DNA from: a candidate division WOR-3 bacterium
GTDB taxonomy: Bacteria; Hydrothermota; Tepidihabitantia; SM23-42
Assembly: GCA_029858255.1 (NCBI GenBank)
Contig: JAOUFJ010000006.1
Coordinates: forward strand, 4,285-68,284
DNA: 64,000 nt
Reading direction: 5' to 3'
A program made the translations under genes and the position numbers. This document shows, in pieces, positions 29,859 to 40,800 of the stretch (its first letter is position 1; each line of letters begins with the position of its first letter). The notes beneath the pieces were generated by a model, which was not told where the DNA came from, ran no database searches, and was given only the letters and a program-made list of their open reading frames with translations.

Positions 29859-30887
29859 ATGGTGAAAATGATAACACGCATAATGAAAATGGTTGCCCTT
29901 GTGGTCATGATATCCCTTTCCCTGGGTTTCTGTTTCACTAAGGTTGGTACTACAGCGGCACCTTTCCTGAAGATCGAGTATGGTGCGCGGCCTGTGGCGA
30001 TGGGCGGTGCATTCGTGGCTTTGGCTAATGATCCATCCGGGATATACTACAATCCTGCCGGCATTGCTGAGATCAAGACTGCTCACTTCATGGGTGGCTA
30101 TACTGTATGGTTTGCCGATCTGAAATACAACTATGCCACGTTCATATTGCCGACTCAAAGGATGAACTTTGCCCTCTGGGGTTCTTTCCTATATTCTGAT
30201 GAAATTGAGGTTACTACAGTAGAGAATCCTGAGGGTACTGGGCAGGAATTCAGTTATGTAGACGGTCTGCTCGGTATTACGGTGTCAGCATTTCTGTCAG
30301 ACCGGCTTTCAATTGGGATCTCAGGCAAGTATATCCAGCAGAAGTTGTTCAATGAAAGCGCTTCAACATTTGCCCTGGATGTTGGTTCAATACTGCGTAC
30401 ACCTTTGAAAGGTGCACGACTGGGAATGTGTCTGGCGAACTACGGCGGGCGGATGCAGCTGTTCGGTAACGATCTTATCGTGCAGACAGATCCCTGGCCT
30501 GAATATACGGGTAACCCGGAAGTCGAAGCGAGGCTTACAACAGAATCATTTCCGCTGCCGCTCGCCTTCAAACTGGGTATTGCAGTCGACCTTTTTGGTC
30601 CTGGGGAGGCGTTCGCAAATAGTGAAGTTCACCGGGTGACGCTGGCAGTGGATGGAATACATCCAAACGATGGCGAAGAGAAATTACAGTTCGGCATAGA
30701 GTATGGTCTCTATAACACGCTCTTTCTCCGCGGTGGGTACAAGGTCAATTATGATACCCAGAAATACACCGCGGGTGCGGGCATGAAGTTCAGTATCGGA
30801 CAGCGAACCTTCGCATTCGATTATGCCTACGTTGATATGGATGTGCTGGAAGCCACACATCGTTTTTCACTTTTTATCGGGTTCTGA
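29859..30887 (+). CDS. PorV/LptO-like (UPF0164-like) outer-membrane beta-barrel protein, putative T9SS cargo shuttle
   Basis: Signal peptide, then the N-terminal motif GTTAAPFLKIEYGARPVAMGGAFVALANDPSGIYYNPAGIA. I recall this from the PorV/LptO/UPF0164 family. Beta-barrel-like C-terminus ending in F. 9-bp gap after the CTD protein with RBS GGAGGAG. Confidence 0.55.
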   Translation: MVKMITRIMKMVALVVMISLSLGFCFTKVGTTAAPFLKIEYGARPVAMGGAFVALANDPSGIYYNPAGIAEIKTAHFMGGYTVWFADLKYNYATFILPTQRMNFALWGSFLYSDEIEVTTVENPEGTGQEFSYVDGLLGITVSAFLSDRLSIGISGKYIQQKLFNESASTFALDVGSILRTPLKGARLGMCLANYGGRMQLFGNDLIVQTDPWPEYTGNPEVEARLTTESFPLPLAFKLGIAVDLFGPGEAFANSEVHRVTLAVDGIHPNDGEEKLQFGIEYGLYNTLFLRGGYKVNYDTQKYTAGAGMKFSIGQRTFAFDYAYVDMDVLEATHRFSLFIGF

Positions 30888-31087
30888 CACTGTGAAACGG
30901 TGAAAATGAGAAGCGGAGGCCCGGAGAACATGCTTACTATATGACAACCACGATTATGACAATATTGATGAATTGTCGGTTCCTAAATCTGACTATCGAA
31001 TGACCTGGATCCGGCCTACGCTTTCTGTTATTTGTATTTTGGGTTTGTTTAGGATTTCGTGTTCAGTTATTAGTGGAAGGAGGTTGC

Positions 31088-31945
31088 ATGGATAGAAGAA
31101 GTTTTCTGAAAACGATTGGATTTTTGGCACCGGTCGTCGTTTTCTTTGGTAAAATACCACGGTTGCTGTGGGCCGGGAAGCTGGAGCGCGGCAAAAAGAA
31201 TTTCTGGCAGAACGGTGGGTTCACCCAGCCATCCGTAAATATTTCGGGATACGAGAAGGGTATCATAAAGGCGCGGATTGACAATGAATGGCACGATTTC
31301 AATATACGGAACGCCAGTAAGGATTTCGTCGAGTGGAATATGAGCAAGCGTATCGAGTTTCTCGAGCACATAAAGACAGGGCAGATGCCCGGATTTGGTG
31401 GTCCGCATTCCGGCGCGGTCGCCACCTATGGGCTCGGCCGCCTCGATTCGGAGTTCACGCTGAATAACGCGATCAAGGGTATTGGTCTGGCGCCGAAAGA
31501 TGAGAACATCGATACTGCGATCGAGCGATTGCGCGACACTTACGAGAGTTCAATGAAGGAAAAGATGGATGTGCTAAAATCATTCTATGAAGACCCCGAT
31601 TTCATCGATTGGCGCAAGCAGACATCACTCGAGTTGTATGCTACACCCGATTTCGAGACCCATACCTTTCTCAATGTCATGGATAATCCGATCGCGACCC
31701 TGGTCTTTCTTGATATTCCTTCGATTGAGCTGAGGACCATCGCACGAATCGTACATCCGGATGACAAGAATGCATTGCCGTCGGAAAAGAAACTGCTCGA
31801 GTTCGTTAACCTGGCCCACTCGTATATGCACGGAGAATTCCCCCGCCTTTATCCGCTCCTGCTTTTCTACATCGTTGAGGAGTTCGATAACACGCCGGGA
31901 CGCAAGCGCGGTATTAGAGTTGTGCCAGAAAGACCAAAAGAATAG
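31088..31945 (+). CDS. hypothetical protein with twin-arginine (Tat) signal peptide
   Basis: MDRRSFLKTIGFLAPVVVF is a classic Tat motif. The ATG at 31088 has RBS GGAAGGAGG 4 nt upstream. The ORF track begins at a GTG 15 nt earlier. Confidence 0.55.
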   Translation: MDRRSFLKTIGFLAPVVVFFGKIPRLLWAGKLERGKKNFWQNGGFTQPSVNISGYEKGIIKARIDNEWHDFNIRNASKDFVEWNMSKRIEFLEHIKTGQMPGFGGPHSGAVATYGLGRLDSEFTLNNAIKGIGLAPKDENIDTAIERLRDTYESSMKEKMDVLKSFYEDPDFIDWRKQTSLELYATPDFETHTFLNVMDNPIATLVFLDIPSIELRTIARIVHPDDKNALPSEKKLLEFVNLAHSYMHGEFPRLYPLLLFYIVEEFDNTPGRKRGIRVVPERPKE

Positions 31946-32075
31946 ACATGGACAGAAGGCGGATAATGGTTGGAGAAGGCGGAAAAGGGCAGTAATGATA
32001 AGTCGGACAAGCCTGAATAGCCCGCTTTTTGCCTTTTTGATCTTTTTTCAGCCTTCTTAAGATAGGGGAGGTATT

Positions 32076-33023
32076 ATGAAGTTATTATGTACAGTCATGT
32101 TGTTGAGCAGCATGCTCTTCGGTCAAATACTTTATGAAGAGCATTTTACGGGTGGTGCCACTCAGCTGCAATGGGATCCCTGGGTTATATACACGACAAT
32201 GGATGTGGTCAATGATCCCACCACTCCTGGCGGTGATTCGTGGATAGGCAGTGTTTCAAATGATTCTGCTCCGATCGCCGCTATGTACGCGGGCAGCTAC
32301 GACCTCAACGATTATATCGCTGAGGCATGGATTTTTACCGAAGTCAGCCCGGCAATGGGATCATACAACGGGCTATGCGTGAGGATCGACACGGCGACCG
32401 GCGTGAATGCATTGTATCACCTGGTTTCAGATTTTGACAACAGCGCAAGGTTGATGTTGCGTCATATCACCGGTGCCACGCCTTCGATTATCAGGGAATG
32501 GACGTCCGGAGAGATCCCCGGAGGAATACCGGCCTCATCGTCCTGGCACAAGTTCAAGATAAAGATCGTAGCAGATTCGATCTGGGCATATTACGATGAT
32601 GTCGAACTACCAGACTGTCCGTTCATCGACAATCGCGTGACAAAGGGCTTCTTCGGAATATATTTCTTCAATGCACTTGCTTTCAGTTCGACCAACTGTG
32701 ATGATATCGTTGTAACCGGTCCGACCGGTATCAGTGAATATGGTTCCGAGTCAGTAAGTTCCTTCAGAGTCTATCCGAACCCTTTCCGCACCACGACAGC
32801 TATCAGATATCAGATACCAGATATCGGAAATCCGTCACTCATGATATATGATGCGGCAGGACGGCTAGTCAGGGATATTTCAAGTCAGGTATCTGTTATC
32901 GGTGATCAGGTATCGGTAAGCTGGGACGGTCGGGATGCCTCAGGTAATGCGGTTACGCCCGGTGTGTATTTTATTGCCGATGGTATTGGTAACGGACTTG
33001 AAAAAGTGATCAAACTGCCTTAG
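32076..33023 (+). CDS. secreted protein with N-terminal jelly-roll/lectin-like (LamG or DUF1080-like) domain and T9SS C-terminal sorting domain
   Basis: Signal peptide. C-terminal FRVYPNPF...LMIYDAAGRLV...VSWDGRDASGNAVTPGVYFI...KVIKLP is CTD-like. The N-domain assignment is tentative. Confidence 0.6.
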   Translation: MKLLCTVMLLSSMLFGQILYEEHFTGGATQLQWDPWVIYTTMDVVNDPTTPGGDSWIGSVSNDSAPIAAMYAGSYDLNDYIAEAWIFTEVSPAMGSYNGLCVRIDTATGVNALYHLVSDFDNSARLMLRHITGATPSIIREWTSGEIPGGIPASSSWHKFKIKIVADSIWAYYDDVELPDCPFIDNRVTKGFFGIYFFNALAFSSTNCDDIVVTGPTGISEYGSESVSSFRVYPNPFRTTTAIRYQIPDIGNPSLMIYDAAGRLVRDISSQVSVIGDQVSVSWDGRDASGNAVTPGVYFIADGIGNGLEKVIKLP

Positions 33024-33039
33024 TCAGTATGTAAAAAAA

Positions 33040-33068
33040 AGGGGGCAGCTAGGCTGCCCCTTTTTTTT
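33040..33068. terminator. bidirectional rho-independent terminator between convergent CTD-protein genes
   Basis: A8 run, a perfect 9-bp GC stem GGGGGCAGC (33040-33048), loop tag, GCTGCCCCC (33052-33060), then T8. Serves both strands. Confidence 0.85.
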
Positions 33069-34599
33069 ATTCGATCTTGACTATTTTTCGCGTGATGGCG
33101 TCCGTACCGATCTCCGCTCTTAGCAGATATATGCCGGTGGGCAGAGACATGCCGTTCATGTCTCTCATGCTCAGCAGCATGCTATTATTACCGGCATTAA
33201 ACCTGCCACTGTAGATTGTATTGATTTTGCGTCCAAGACAATCGTAAAGAACCAGGTTGATGTGTTGTGCATCATCGAGTAGCAGGCTTAGGTTGATTTG
33301 GTCGCTCACCGGATTACTGACAGAAAGTTCGGTACCAGGAAGTGTATTGATAACGTTTTCTGCTATCTGTGTGCTGTGTCCGGTCGGTTTAAGAAAAGGA
33401 TCACCGAGTAGTGTCATTCCATAATGCCAGCAAACTCTTTCAAGTGTTATGCCGATGGAATCGTAAATGCAGTCAAACCAATAACGGAATGCTTCGCCCA
33501 TTGTTTTGTATTCACCCAACGGTCGGTAGAAGAATTGAAAGTCGAGCATGCTACCGGATTTGGTTGAACCGATCGCACCTATTCCATAGTCTTCGTTAAA
33601 GATGGCCTGACCGCCGCCATAGCCGGCTTGTGTGTAACGGCAGAAAGAGCACGCGAAGAAATTATAGAAGTTTGTTGGCGGGTTCTGGTTTATGTATTCA
33701 TAGGCATAGTAATAATCATACTGGGAACCACTATTATAGGAGAATTGGTGTATGCTGGGTGATGAATGGGCAAATACCGAGACCCATGCCTGCAAGCTGT
33801 CGAGTCTTGTCCGGTATAACGATGCCCTGGTCGTTTCTGGATGCCAGTAATTTGTGGTATCAGGGAAAAGTAGTGATACGTCATTTGCCCACGTCGGAGC
33901 CCAGGGTACCCAGTCGTCATCAACAAAGACGAGCGCACGTTTCTGCAAATTCATCGAACCTTCGCGGTATCTTTTGTCCTTAGCGAAGTATTTTCTCAAT
34001 ACGAGCGTGTCGAGGCCAATACCGGTCGGGAGCAACCTTCCAACATATATTTCGAGGTTGGTGTTTCCAACATGTCCGTCGTATTTTCCGTTACCAGTGC
34101 TTATGGTATCGAGCCAGGTGCCGTCCAGATCCATGTAGAAAAGGTCCATGGGGAACTGGGCCAGACTTCCGCCGTAATCGTATACTTCAAACCATGCGAC
34201 CGGCATGTTTCCAATCATCAGGACACCTTCGATCCCATCGGTGCTGTATATTTCTTGCAGAAAGGTCCGTAGCGTCTCGGGCGTGCCTCCTGAAGTCTGG
34301 TAGTCGAATACGGTGTAGCCCTCGGCGGTCAATGATTGTGCCAGTTGTTCGATCTCGGTTTCCAGATACTGGGCGATGGTTTGTTCCGTAAGAACGGCAA
34401 CATTACCGAGACGGCCGTCACCCTGGTACACTCTGTTCAGTATGTAGTGGAATTGACTGTAAGGATGATCTTCCATCCATTCTTCATAAGTACCGGGCCT
34501 GCTGCCTGATGGATCTGCCCATTTGAGTATTGGAATGTCTTCTATGCCAGCACCAAATAACGAAGTCAGGCAAAACAATATTATCATGAGTCGAATCAT
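33067..34599 (-). CDS. secreted gingipain-like (peptidase C25-related) protein with T9SS C-terminal sorting domain
   Basis: Signal peptide. Region TVFDYQ...IEGVLMIGNMPVAWFEVYDYGG...DLFYMDLDGTW...YVGRLLPT parallels the C25 catalytic-domain pattern of the 1151-aa protein below. C-terminus (NLVLYDCLGRKINTIYSG...GIYLLRAEIGTDAITRKIVKIE) is CTD-like. Confidence 0.6.
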   Translation of the reverse strand: MIRLMIILFCLTSLFGAGIEDIPILKWADPSGSRPGTYEEWMEDHPYSQFHYILNRVYQGDGRLGNVAVLTEQTIAQYLETEIEQLAQSLTAEGYTVFDYQTSGGTPETLRTFLQEIYSTDGIEGVLMIGNMPVAWFEVYDYGGSLAQFPMDLFYMDLDGTWLDTISTGNGKYDGHVGNTNLEIYVGRLLPTGIGLDTLVLRKYFAKDKRYREGSMNLQKRALVFVDDDWVPWAPTWANDVSLLFPDTTNYWHPETTRASLYRTRLDSLQAWVSVFAHSSPSIHQFSYNSGSQYDYYYAYEYINQNPPTNFYNFFACSFCRYTQAGYGGGQAIFNEDYGIGAIGSTKSGSMLDFQFFYRPLGEYKTMGEAFRYWFDCIYDSIGITLERVCWHYGMTLLGDPFLKPTGHSTQIAENVINTLPGTELSVSNPVSDQINLSLLLDDAQHINLVLYDCLGRKINTIYSGRFNAGNNSMLLSMRDMNGMSLPTGIYLLRAEIGTDAITRKIVKIE

Positions 34600-34675
34600 T
34601 TATCCTCCATGAGAGATTATAGTAATGAATTCAGATAAGTCAATGAAGCAATGGCGGTGAGGTGGGTTCCTTGAC

Positions 34676-36619
34676 TTGAAATTGAATAATGATATAATGA
34701 TGAAAATGGACGAGTTGCTTGCGCAATTGAATTCTGAACAAAGTAAGGCCGTCAAGATCACCAAGGGGCCGATCTTGATACTGGCCGGAGCTGGCAGTGG
34801 GAAGACGAGAGTGATCACCTACCGGATTGCATATCTGATAAAGAACAAGAAAGTAGCCCCGAAGAACATACTTGCCATAACGTTCACGAACAAGGCAGCT
34901 GGTGAGATGCAATCGAGGATTCAGGCGCTCCTGGGAAGCGACCATGAAGTCTGGATAAGGACATTCCATTCGACATGCGCCAAGATCTTGCGGGGTGGAG
35001 CAGAGAGAATTGGTATCAAGAACAATTTTGTGATATATGATGAATACGATCAGCTCAGTGTCATAAAAGAGTGTCTGTCCGACCTTGAAATAGACGCAAA
35101 AGCTTTTTCACCGGCGTATGTTGCCGCGGTAATCAATAACACAAAAGAAAATCTGTCATCGGCCAGCACGATCGAGGATGATACACTGAGGCATATATAC
35201 AATTTATATAATAAGAAATTGTCCGAATACAATGCGCTCGATTTTGATGATTTGATAATGAAGGTCGTGGAACTCTTCAAGATTGATGCAGACATCCTGG
35301 AATACTATCAAAACAAATTCAAATACATCCTCGTTGATGAGTACCAGGACACCAATCGAGCGCAGTACGTGCTCACAAAAATGCTGGCAGATAAACACCG
35401 GAATCTCTGCGTCGTGGGGGATGACGACCAGTCAATTTATTCCTGGCGCGGTGCCGAGATCAGGAATATACTCGATTTCGAAGCAGATTTTCCAGATACG
35501 ACCGTAATCAAGTTGCAGCAGAACTACCGTTCGACAAGGAGGATCCTCAAAGCTGCTTCTGCAGTGGTTAGTAATAATGAGTACCGTAAATCGAAAACCC
35601 TCTGGTGCGAAAACGAAACAGGGGAGAAGATCGTTTTTTTTGACGCCGATGATTCCTATACTGAAGCAGCCTATGTTGCGCGTAAGATAATGGAATTGAG
35701 ATTGAGGGGTGTCAATCTCGGCGATATCGCGGTATTCTATCGGGTTAATTACCAGTCGAGGTTGTTTGAGGAGTGTTTCATAACATATCGCATTCCATAT
35801 GAGGTAGTTGGATCTTTACGTTTCTATGAACGGGCTGAGATCAAGAACGTGCTTGCCTATCTTCGCGTCATAAATAATCCGCTCGATGCCGTGAGTTTGA
35901 GAAGGATAATAAATGTCCCGTCGCGTAAGATCGGTCATGAGACCATGGAGAAGATAATGGCTTACGGTGAAAAAAAGGGTATCAGCAGTTATGAAGTACT
36001 ACACGAGATAGACAGTATCAAGAAGATAAATACGGGTACACGTAAGAGAATAAAGGACTTCACGAAAATGATGGATCGGTACATCAATGCACAGCAGCGA
36101 ATGGACATCTATGAGTTGGCACTGCAGGTAGTCAAGGATAGCGGATATTTGACCAGTCTCAGTGAAGACAAGACCGAGCGCGATTACGTGCGGCGCAAAA
36201 ATGTGGAAGAATTGCTCATTTCGATGAAGGAATACGTAAGGGAAAGACCGCAAGCAACTCTCAATGATTATCTCGAGGAAGTGTCATTACGCAGTGATAT
36301 CGATGACTGGAACGATTCCACCGAACGGGTGAATTTGATGACCCTGCATAATGCCAAAGGACTGGAATTCGATGTCGTCTTCATTACGGGATTCGAGGAT
36401 GGTCTGATCCCCCACTACAAATCACAGCAAGATCCAAGGCAATACGAGGAAGAGCGAAGGCTTTTGTATGTTGGCATTACACGGGCGCGTAAGTTGTTAC
36501 ACATGACCTATGCCCGACAGCGGGATATGTTCCGTGCCGGGCCGAGTTACACAGAGCTATCGCCGTTCTATGACGAAATTCCGCGTGATCTAATGTGTGC
36601 CGGATACGGTGTTGATTGA
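34676..36619 (+). CDS. ATP-dependent DNA helicase, UvrD/PcrA/Rep family
   Basis: Helicase motifs: LNSEQSKAV, ILILAGAGSGKTRVITYRIAYL (motif I), NILAITFTNKAAGEM, VDEYQDTN, YRST. The start may be the internal ATG near 34706 (MDELLAQLN). Confidence 0.85.
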   Translation: MKLNNDIMMKMDELLAQLNSEQSKAVKITKGPILILAGAGSGKTRVITYRIAYLIKNKKVAPKNILAITFTNKAAGEMQSRIQALLGSDHEVWIRTFHSTCAKILRGGAERIGIKNNFVIYDEYDQLSVIKECLSDLEIDAKAFSPAYVAAVINNTKENLSSASTIEDDTLRHIYNLYNKKLSEYNALDFDDLIMKVVELFKIDADILEYYQNKFKYILVDEYQDTNRAQYVLTKMLADKHRNLCVVGDDDQSIYSWRGAEIRNILDFEADFPDTTVIKLQQNYRSTRRILKAASAVVSNNEYRKSKTLWCENETGEKIVFFDADDSYTEAAYVARKIMELRLRGVNLGDIAVFYRVNYQSRLFEECFITYRIPYEVVGSLRFYERAEIKNVLAYLRVINNPLDAVSLRRIINVPSRKIGHETMEKIMAYGEKKGISSYEVLHEIDSIKKINTGTRKRIKDFTKMMDRYINAQQRMDIYELALQVVKDSGYLTSLSEDKTERDYVRRKNVEELLISMKEYVRERPQATLNDYLEEVSLRSDIDDWNDSTERVNLMTLHNAKGLEFDVVFITGFEDGLIPHYKSQQDPRQYEEERRLLYVGITRARKLLHMTYARQRDMFRAGPSYTELSPFYDEIPRDLMCAGYGVD

Positions 36620-36625
36620 GATACC

Positions 36626-37777
36626 GTGGACATGATGGCCAAGGATACGATGGCGGAATACGTTGAATTTCGTAGGCTTTTTCCGATCACAGATAACTGC
36701 ATATATTTCAATCACGCGGGAACCGGACCAATGTCTCTGCCTGCTCAACGTGCCGTCGAACAGTGCTTGGGTGTATACTCGAGCCAGGCGGAATTCGATA
36801 CCGAGAGGTATTTTTCGATGATCCGGGAGGCACGTTCAACCGTGGCGCGTTTTATTAATGCAATACCAGAAGAAATAGCATTCACTCATAATACCTCCGA
36901 GGGTATATACATCGCTTTGTGTAATCTGCCATTCAGTGAGAATGATATGATACTGGTAATGGATGAAGTTTTTCCCGCTGTGAGATATGTCGTAGACCAC
37001 AACCTACCACATGTCAAAAAGAAATATATCCCTTTCGCAGGGCAGGACCCCATTGCCGTTGTGGGATCAAATATGGACAAGAGGTTAAAGGCCGTTGTGG
37101 TAGATTATGTTCAATTCCTGAGCGGTGAAACGATCGACCTGCAGCGGCTTAGCGAGTTCACGAGCGAACGTGGCCTGTATCTTGTTGTCGACGGCATACA
37201 GGGAGTTGGTGCCATGAGTTTCGACGCGGCAGAGAGCAAGGTGGATTTTCTCGCATGTGGAAGTGCCAAATGGCTGTTCGGACCGAGCGGCGCAGGGTTT
37301 CTTTATGTGAACAAGCGAAACTTCGATAAATTGAGGTGCCAGCATACTGGCTGGCTTGGTGCTGGTTGGACTGGATTTGAAGACATCACGAGAAACCCTC
37401 CTTTATATGAAGATGCGAGAAAATATGAGATGGGTACAAGAAATGTAATTGGAATACAGGCATTATCTGAGAATATTAACATATTACTTCAATATGGTAT
37501 GACTCAAGTCGAGGCGCGTATATTAAAACTTAAAAGCCTCCTGCGAGACTCCTTTGAAGATTTGGGATTGAGAATATTGACACCAGCCTCAGGTAAGCAG
37601 TCCGGCATCCTAACAGTTTGTCCACCGGTAGGAGTCGAGGGTCTCTATCATCGCCTGAAAGAGGCCGGGATGATCGTATCAATGCGCAATCAGAGCCTTC
37701 GGTTCTCACCCCATTTCTACAATAGCGAAGAAGAAGTGGAGCAGGTAGTTGAGACGATCGCTCAATACCGGGTTTGA
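36626..37777 (+). CDS. class V aminotransferase / cysteine-desulfurase-like PLP enzyme
   Basis: FNHAGTGP N-terminus, ...GSAKWLFGPSGAGFLYV PLP-lysine region. 383 aa. Confidence 0.7.
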   Translation: MDMMAKDTMAEYVEFRRLFPITDNCIYFNHAGTGPMSLPAQRAVEQCLGVYSSQAEFDTERYFSMIREARSTVARFINAIPEEIAFTHNTSEGIYIALCNLPFSENDMILVMDEVFPAVRYVVDHNLPHVKKKYIPFAGQDPIAVVGSNMDKRLKAVVVDYVQFLSGETIDLQRLSEFTSERGLYLVVDGIQGVGAMSFDAAESKVDFLACGSAKWLFGPSGAGFLYVNKRNFDKLRCQHTGWLGAGWTGFEDITRNPPLYEDARKYEMGTRNVIGIQALSENINILLQYGMTQVEARILKLKSLLRDSFEDLGLRILTPASGKQSGILTVCPPVGVEGLYHRLKEAGMIVSMRNQSLRFSPHFYNSEEEVEQVVETIAQYRV

Positions 37778-37804
37778 ACTTCAATAGTAGTGCTGCAACC
37801 CTCC

Positions 37805-40800
37805 TTAATGGATAATGATGATTTTCTCGCTCGTGACATCATTAGCAATGGATAGTACTGCGAAGTAGATTCCTGGCGCCAACCTTCTGCCCTTATCGTC
37901 ATGGCCATCCCAATTTACTGATGTATGCAAGTCAATATGTGATGATAGCCCAGAAAAAGTTTTTACCAGACGTCCAGTAACATCGAAAATTCTCAGGTCG
38001 ACTTCGCCACTCGCATACTGGTTTCTGTAATCATTTACGACGTATCGGATATCAGTTGAATACCTGAATGGATTTGGTCTGACATCGAGAATAAGTGGAT
38101 AGATGTTACTACTGCTATATTCCTCAAGGAAGGTTATGGCTTCAATATTAATGTCATCAATGTAGAATCCTTCTGCAACATCTCCATCATAGTCACTCTT
38201 GAAGGCAATTCTTAGTTGGATTGTGTCGCCGCCCGCGTATTGCCCGAGTGGATATTGGTCTTTGAACCAATCACCCTGAATGGCGCGGCTGCTGTCCAGC
38301 GCACCGCCTGTACCGATGAAGTTCAACGTGTCCGAGCCATTTCCATGCACTATTATGACATAAATGCCGTCAGAACCATAAATCGGTACTTCAAACCAAC
38401 GCATGAAGTTGAGTGTTGAATTATGGTCGACCATGAAAGGAATCGTTTGTATATAGCAATCCATATTATTGAGATAAAGACCATTTGATTCTTGGCCGCA
38501 ATACCATGCGTGATCGGCTGAGAATGCTCGGCGCGTTGAGATATGCCATTGGTTGTTACTTCCGCCTGTTGTCCAGAGGCCGCTGCCCGATTCCATATCG
38601 TCAATGAATCCGGTTTCGCCAATGAGTAATACTATGTCTTGGTTAAAATTGTACGATTCTGTTGCCATATTGAATGACAATTGCGGGTGATGACCAGGTG
38701 GGCAGGAAGATGATACTGCGACATGGAACGGACCAACTGCACATGTTGTGTCCGGTGGAATTTCCCCAGCGCTGACGCTATCGGTAATAACGGTGACGTA
38801 CGGGTCTGTCGAACTCAATGAGATCTGGGTTGTGTGAGCAAAACCATAGCCTGCGTTGGCGATACTAATGTTGATCTGGGCGGTGTCACCTGGCATGGTC
38901 GGGGCATTCGATACGGAAAAATCTGGTATGCTCAACTCCGGCGTACCCACCAAGATGCCGGGGTAGTGGGTTAGTGTCCTGCTTGCTTCTGTTATTTCGA
39001 GTTCAAAACTCAAGGTATGTGCATTTGTTGTATTACCAACGAGAATGGAAAAAGCATGGTCGAGGCATGTTGAGTCCTGCTGATTCAGTGTGCCTAGATA
39101 CTCAATACTGTCCGAAATTATGACGTAAGGATCTTGCGAACGCAGCCGGAAATCCATATTGTTAGCCGTTGCGTTACCGGTATTCTTGATCAGCAGTGAA
39201 AGCAGAATAATTTCGTTGGGATTGGCAATACCGTCGCCATTGCCGAGCGAGTCGTTGAGTATCCATCTCTGGTAATTTACATACGGGCCACTGACCACGG
39301 GAAGGGTCGTCTCCAAAGGAACGTAATTTTGTGCCGTAACAGTGAGTTCAAAATCACCAAGGGTGGCCGGGCTTGCCTGCAGAAATATCTGTCCACTCAC
39401 ATCTGTATAGCCTGCGGCGTAGGATTCATCTGCCTTCATGAGGCAGACCAAGGCGTTTTTGATGGGCGCGTTAGTGTTCTTGGCCCTCACTGAGATGAGG
39501 ATGCTACTGCTACCAAGAGCAACTGATTGGGGTGCAGCTACGGCGATTGATTCTGGTAATGCGGTCCAGACCATCATTTCCGGTTCGCCCAATAGATTTA
39601 ATTGATACTGATGCCAGCGGTAGACATTCTTTTCACGTGAATACGGGATAAAGTATGCTTTACACATTGCCAATGCTTCCCCGATGTGGTAGTTATTCTC
39701 GACGAGCAGTGAGTAGAAGAAACGGCTGTCGAATATGTCGGATATTCCGAACCCAGGATTCCCGGGTGATCCCCACCCGTAGCTTGAATTCCCGACGAAT
39801 GCTACGCCGCCGCCATTTTCGTTATTCATCCAGCCTTCAGCGATGCATGCGAAATCAAAGGCGGCAGTCCAGCAGCCAAGGCTAAAGATAATGCCATAAC
39901 GCGGCGCATTTGTGATCGTATCGAGGTCGATCGTATTGAGGTATCCGACACCTACACCCATGACACTTGTGCTGCCATGTCCGTCGTGATTAATCAGATT
40001 CTGTCCACTCCTTATTGCGGCCATTACGCTTTGACGGTTTTCATTACCAAGTGTTTCATAGAGTTTGGTTACAACAAGATTGGGTAGGAATGATTCTTCC
40101 TCTATACGGTTCTTATGAATCGCCTGGTCGGTGAACGGGCTCTGCCAGAGCACTTCAGCGAGCAAGAGTGCCTTATCGAGATATTCGTTTGGTGGATTCT
40201 TTTCATAGGTCAGGATTTTGTTGACAAAATTCTGTGCTTCTGTTACGGAAGAGACCGGGGCTCTTCCGACCGATAGGTCAGGATATAGATCTATGCTATC
40301 TTCTACCTCACCATACAAACCATCACCATCAAAATTCCAGTTACCCTGCAAATCGGCATAGTACAGGTCACAAGGCAGTGAATCCTCTCGGTTCCAAATG
40401 GAAGCACTGCACGTCATTGCATAGGCAAATCGACAGGGGATCATGTATGTATCACCACCAAGCAGGACGTACTGAATGTTCGAATCAGGCAGAGTCTTTA
40501 TGTAATTACGAATGCACGCAGCGTTATCTTCACCGGTGTAATTCGCCAGTATCCAGTCGACTGTCCTAACGTGTGCCGGTAGTCCTTTCTTAGTTTTCCA
40601 ATCTGCCAACCTCTGGAAAACTGTGTCGAACGGCGGATTACTAATGATGAGATAGGTAATATCATCAGGATCACGAGTTCTTTCATATTCCGAGATATCC
40701 TCTGGATTAATGATCATCTTTTTTAAAAGAGAAGATTGCGCGGTGCGTTTAGTCCCTCCACGGTAGGTGATGCGGAATCTCACTGATCTGTTAAAAATGA

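Noticed and set aside
31946-32075. Direct repeat GAAGGCGGA x2 and a possible hairpin in the spacer before the lectin-like CTD gene
   Set aside because: The repeat is only 9 bp and occurs twice. The hairpin is imperfect. Insufficient to call a regulatory element.
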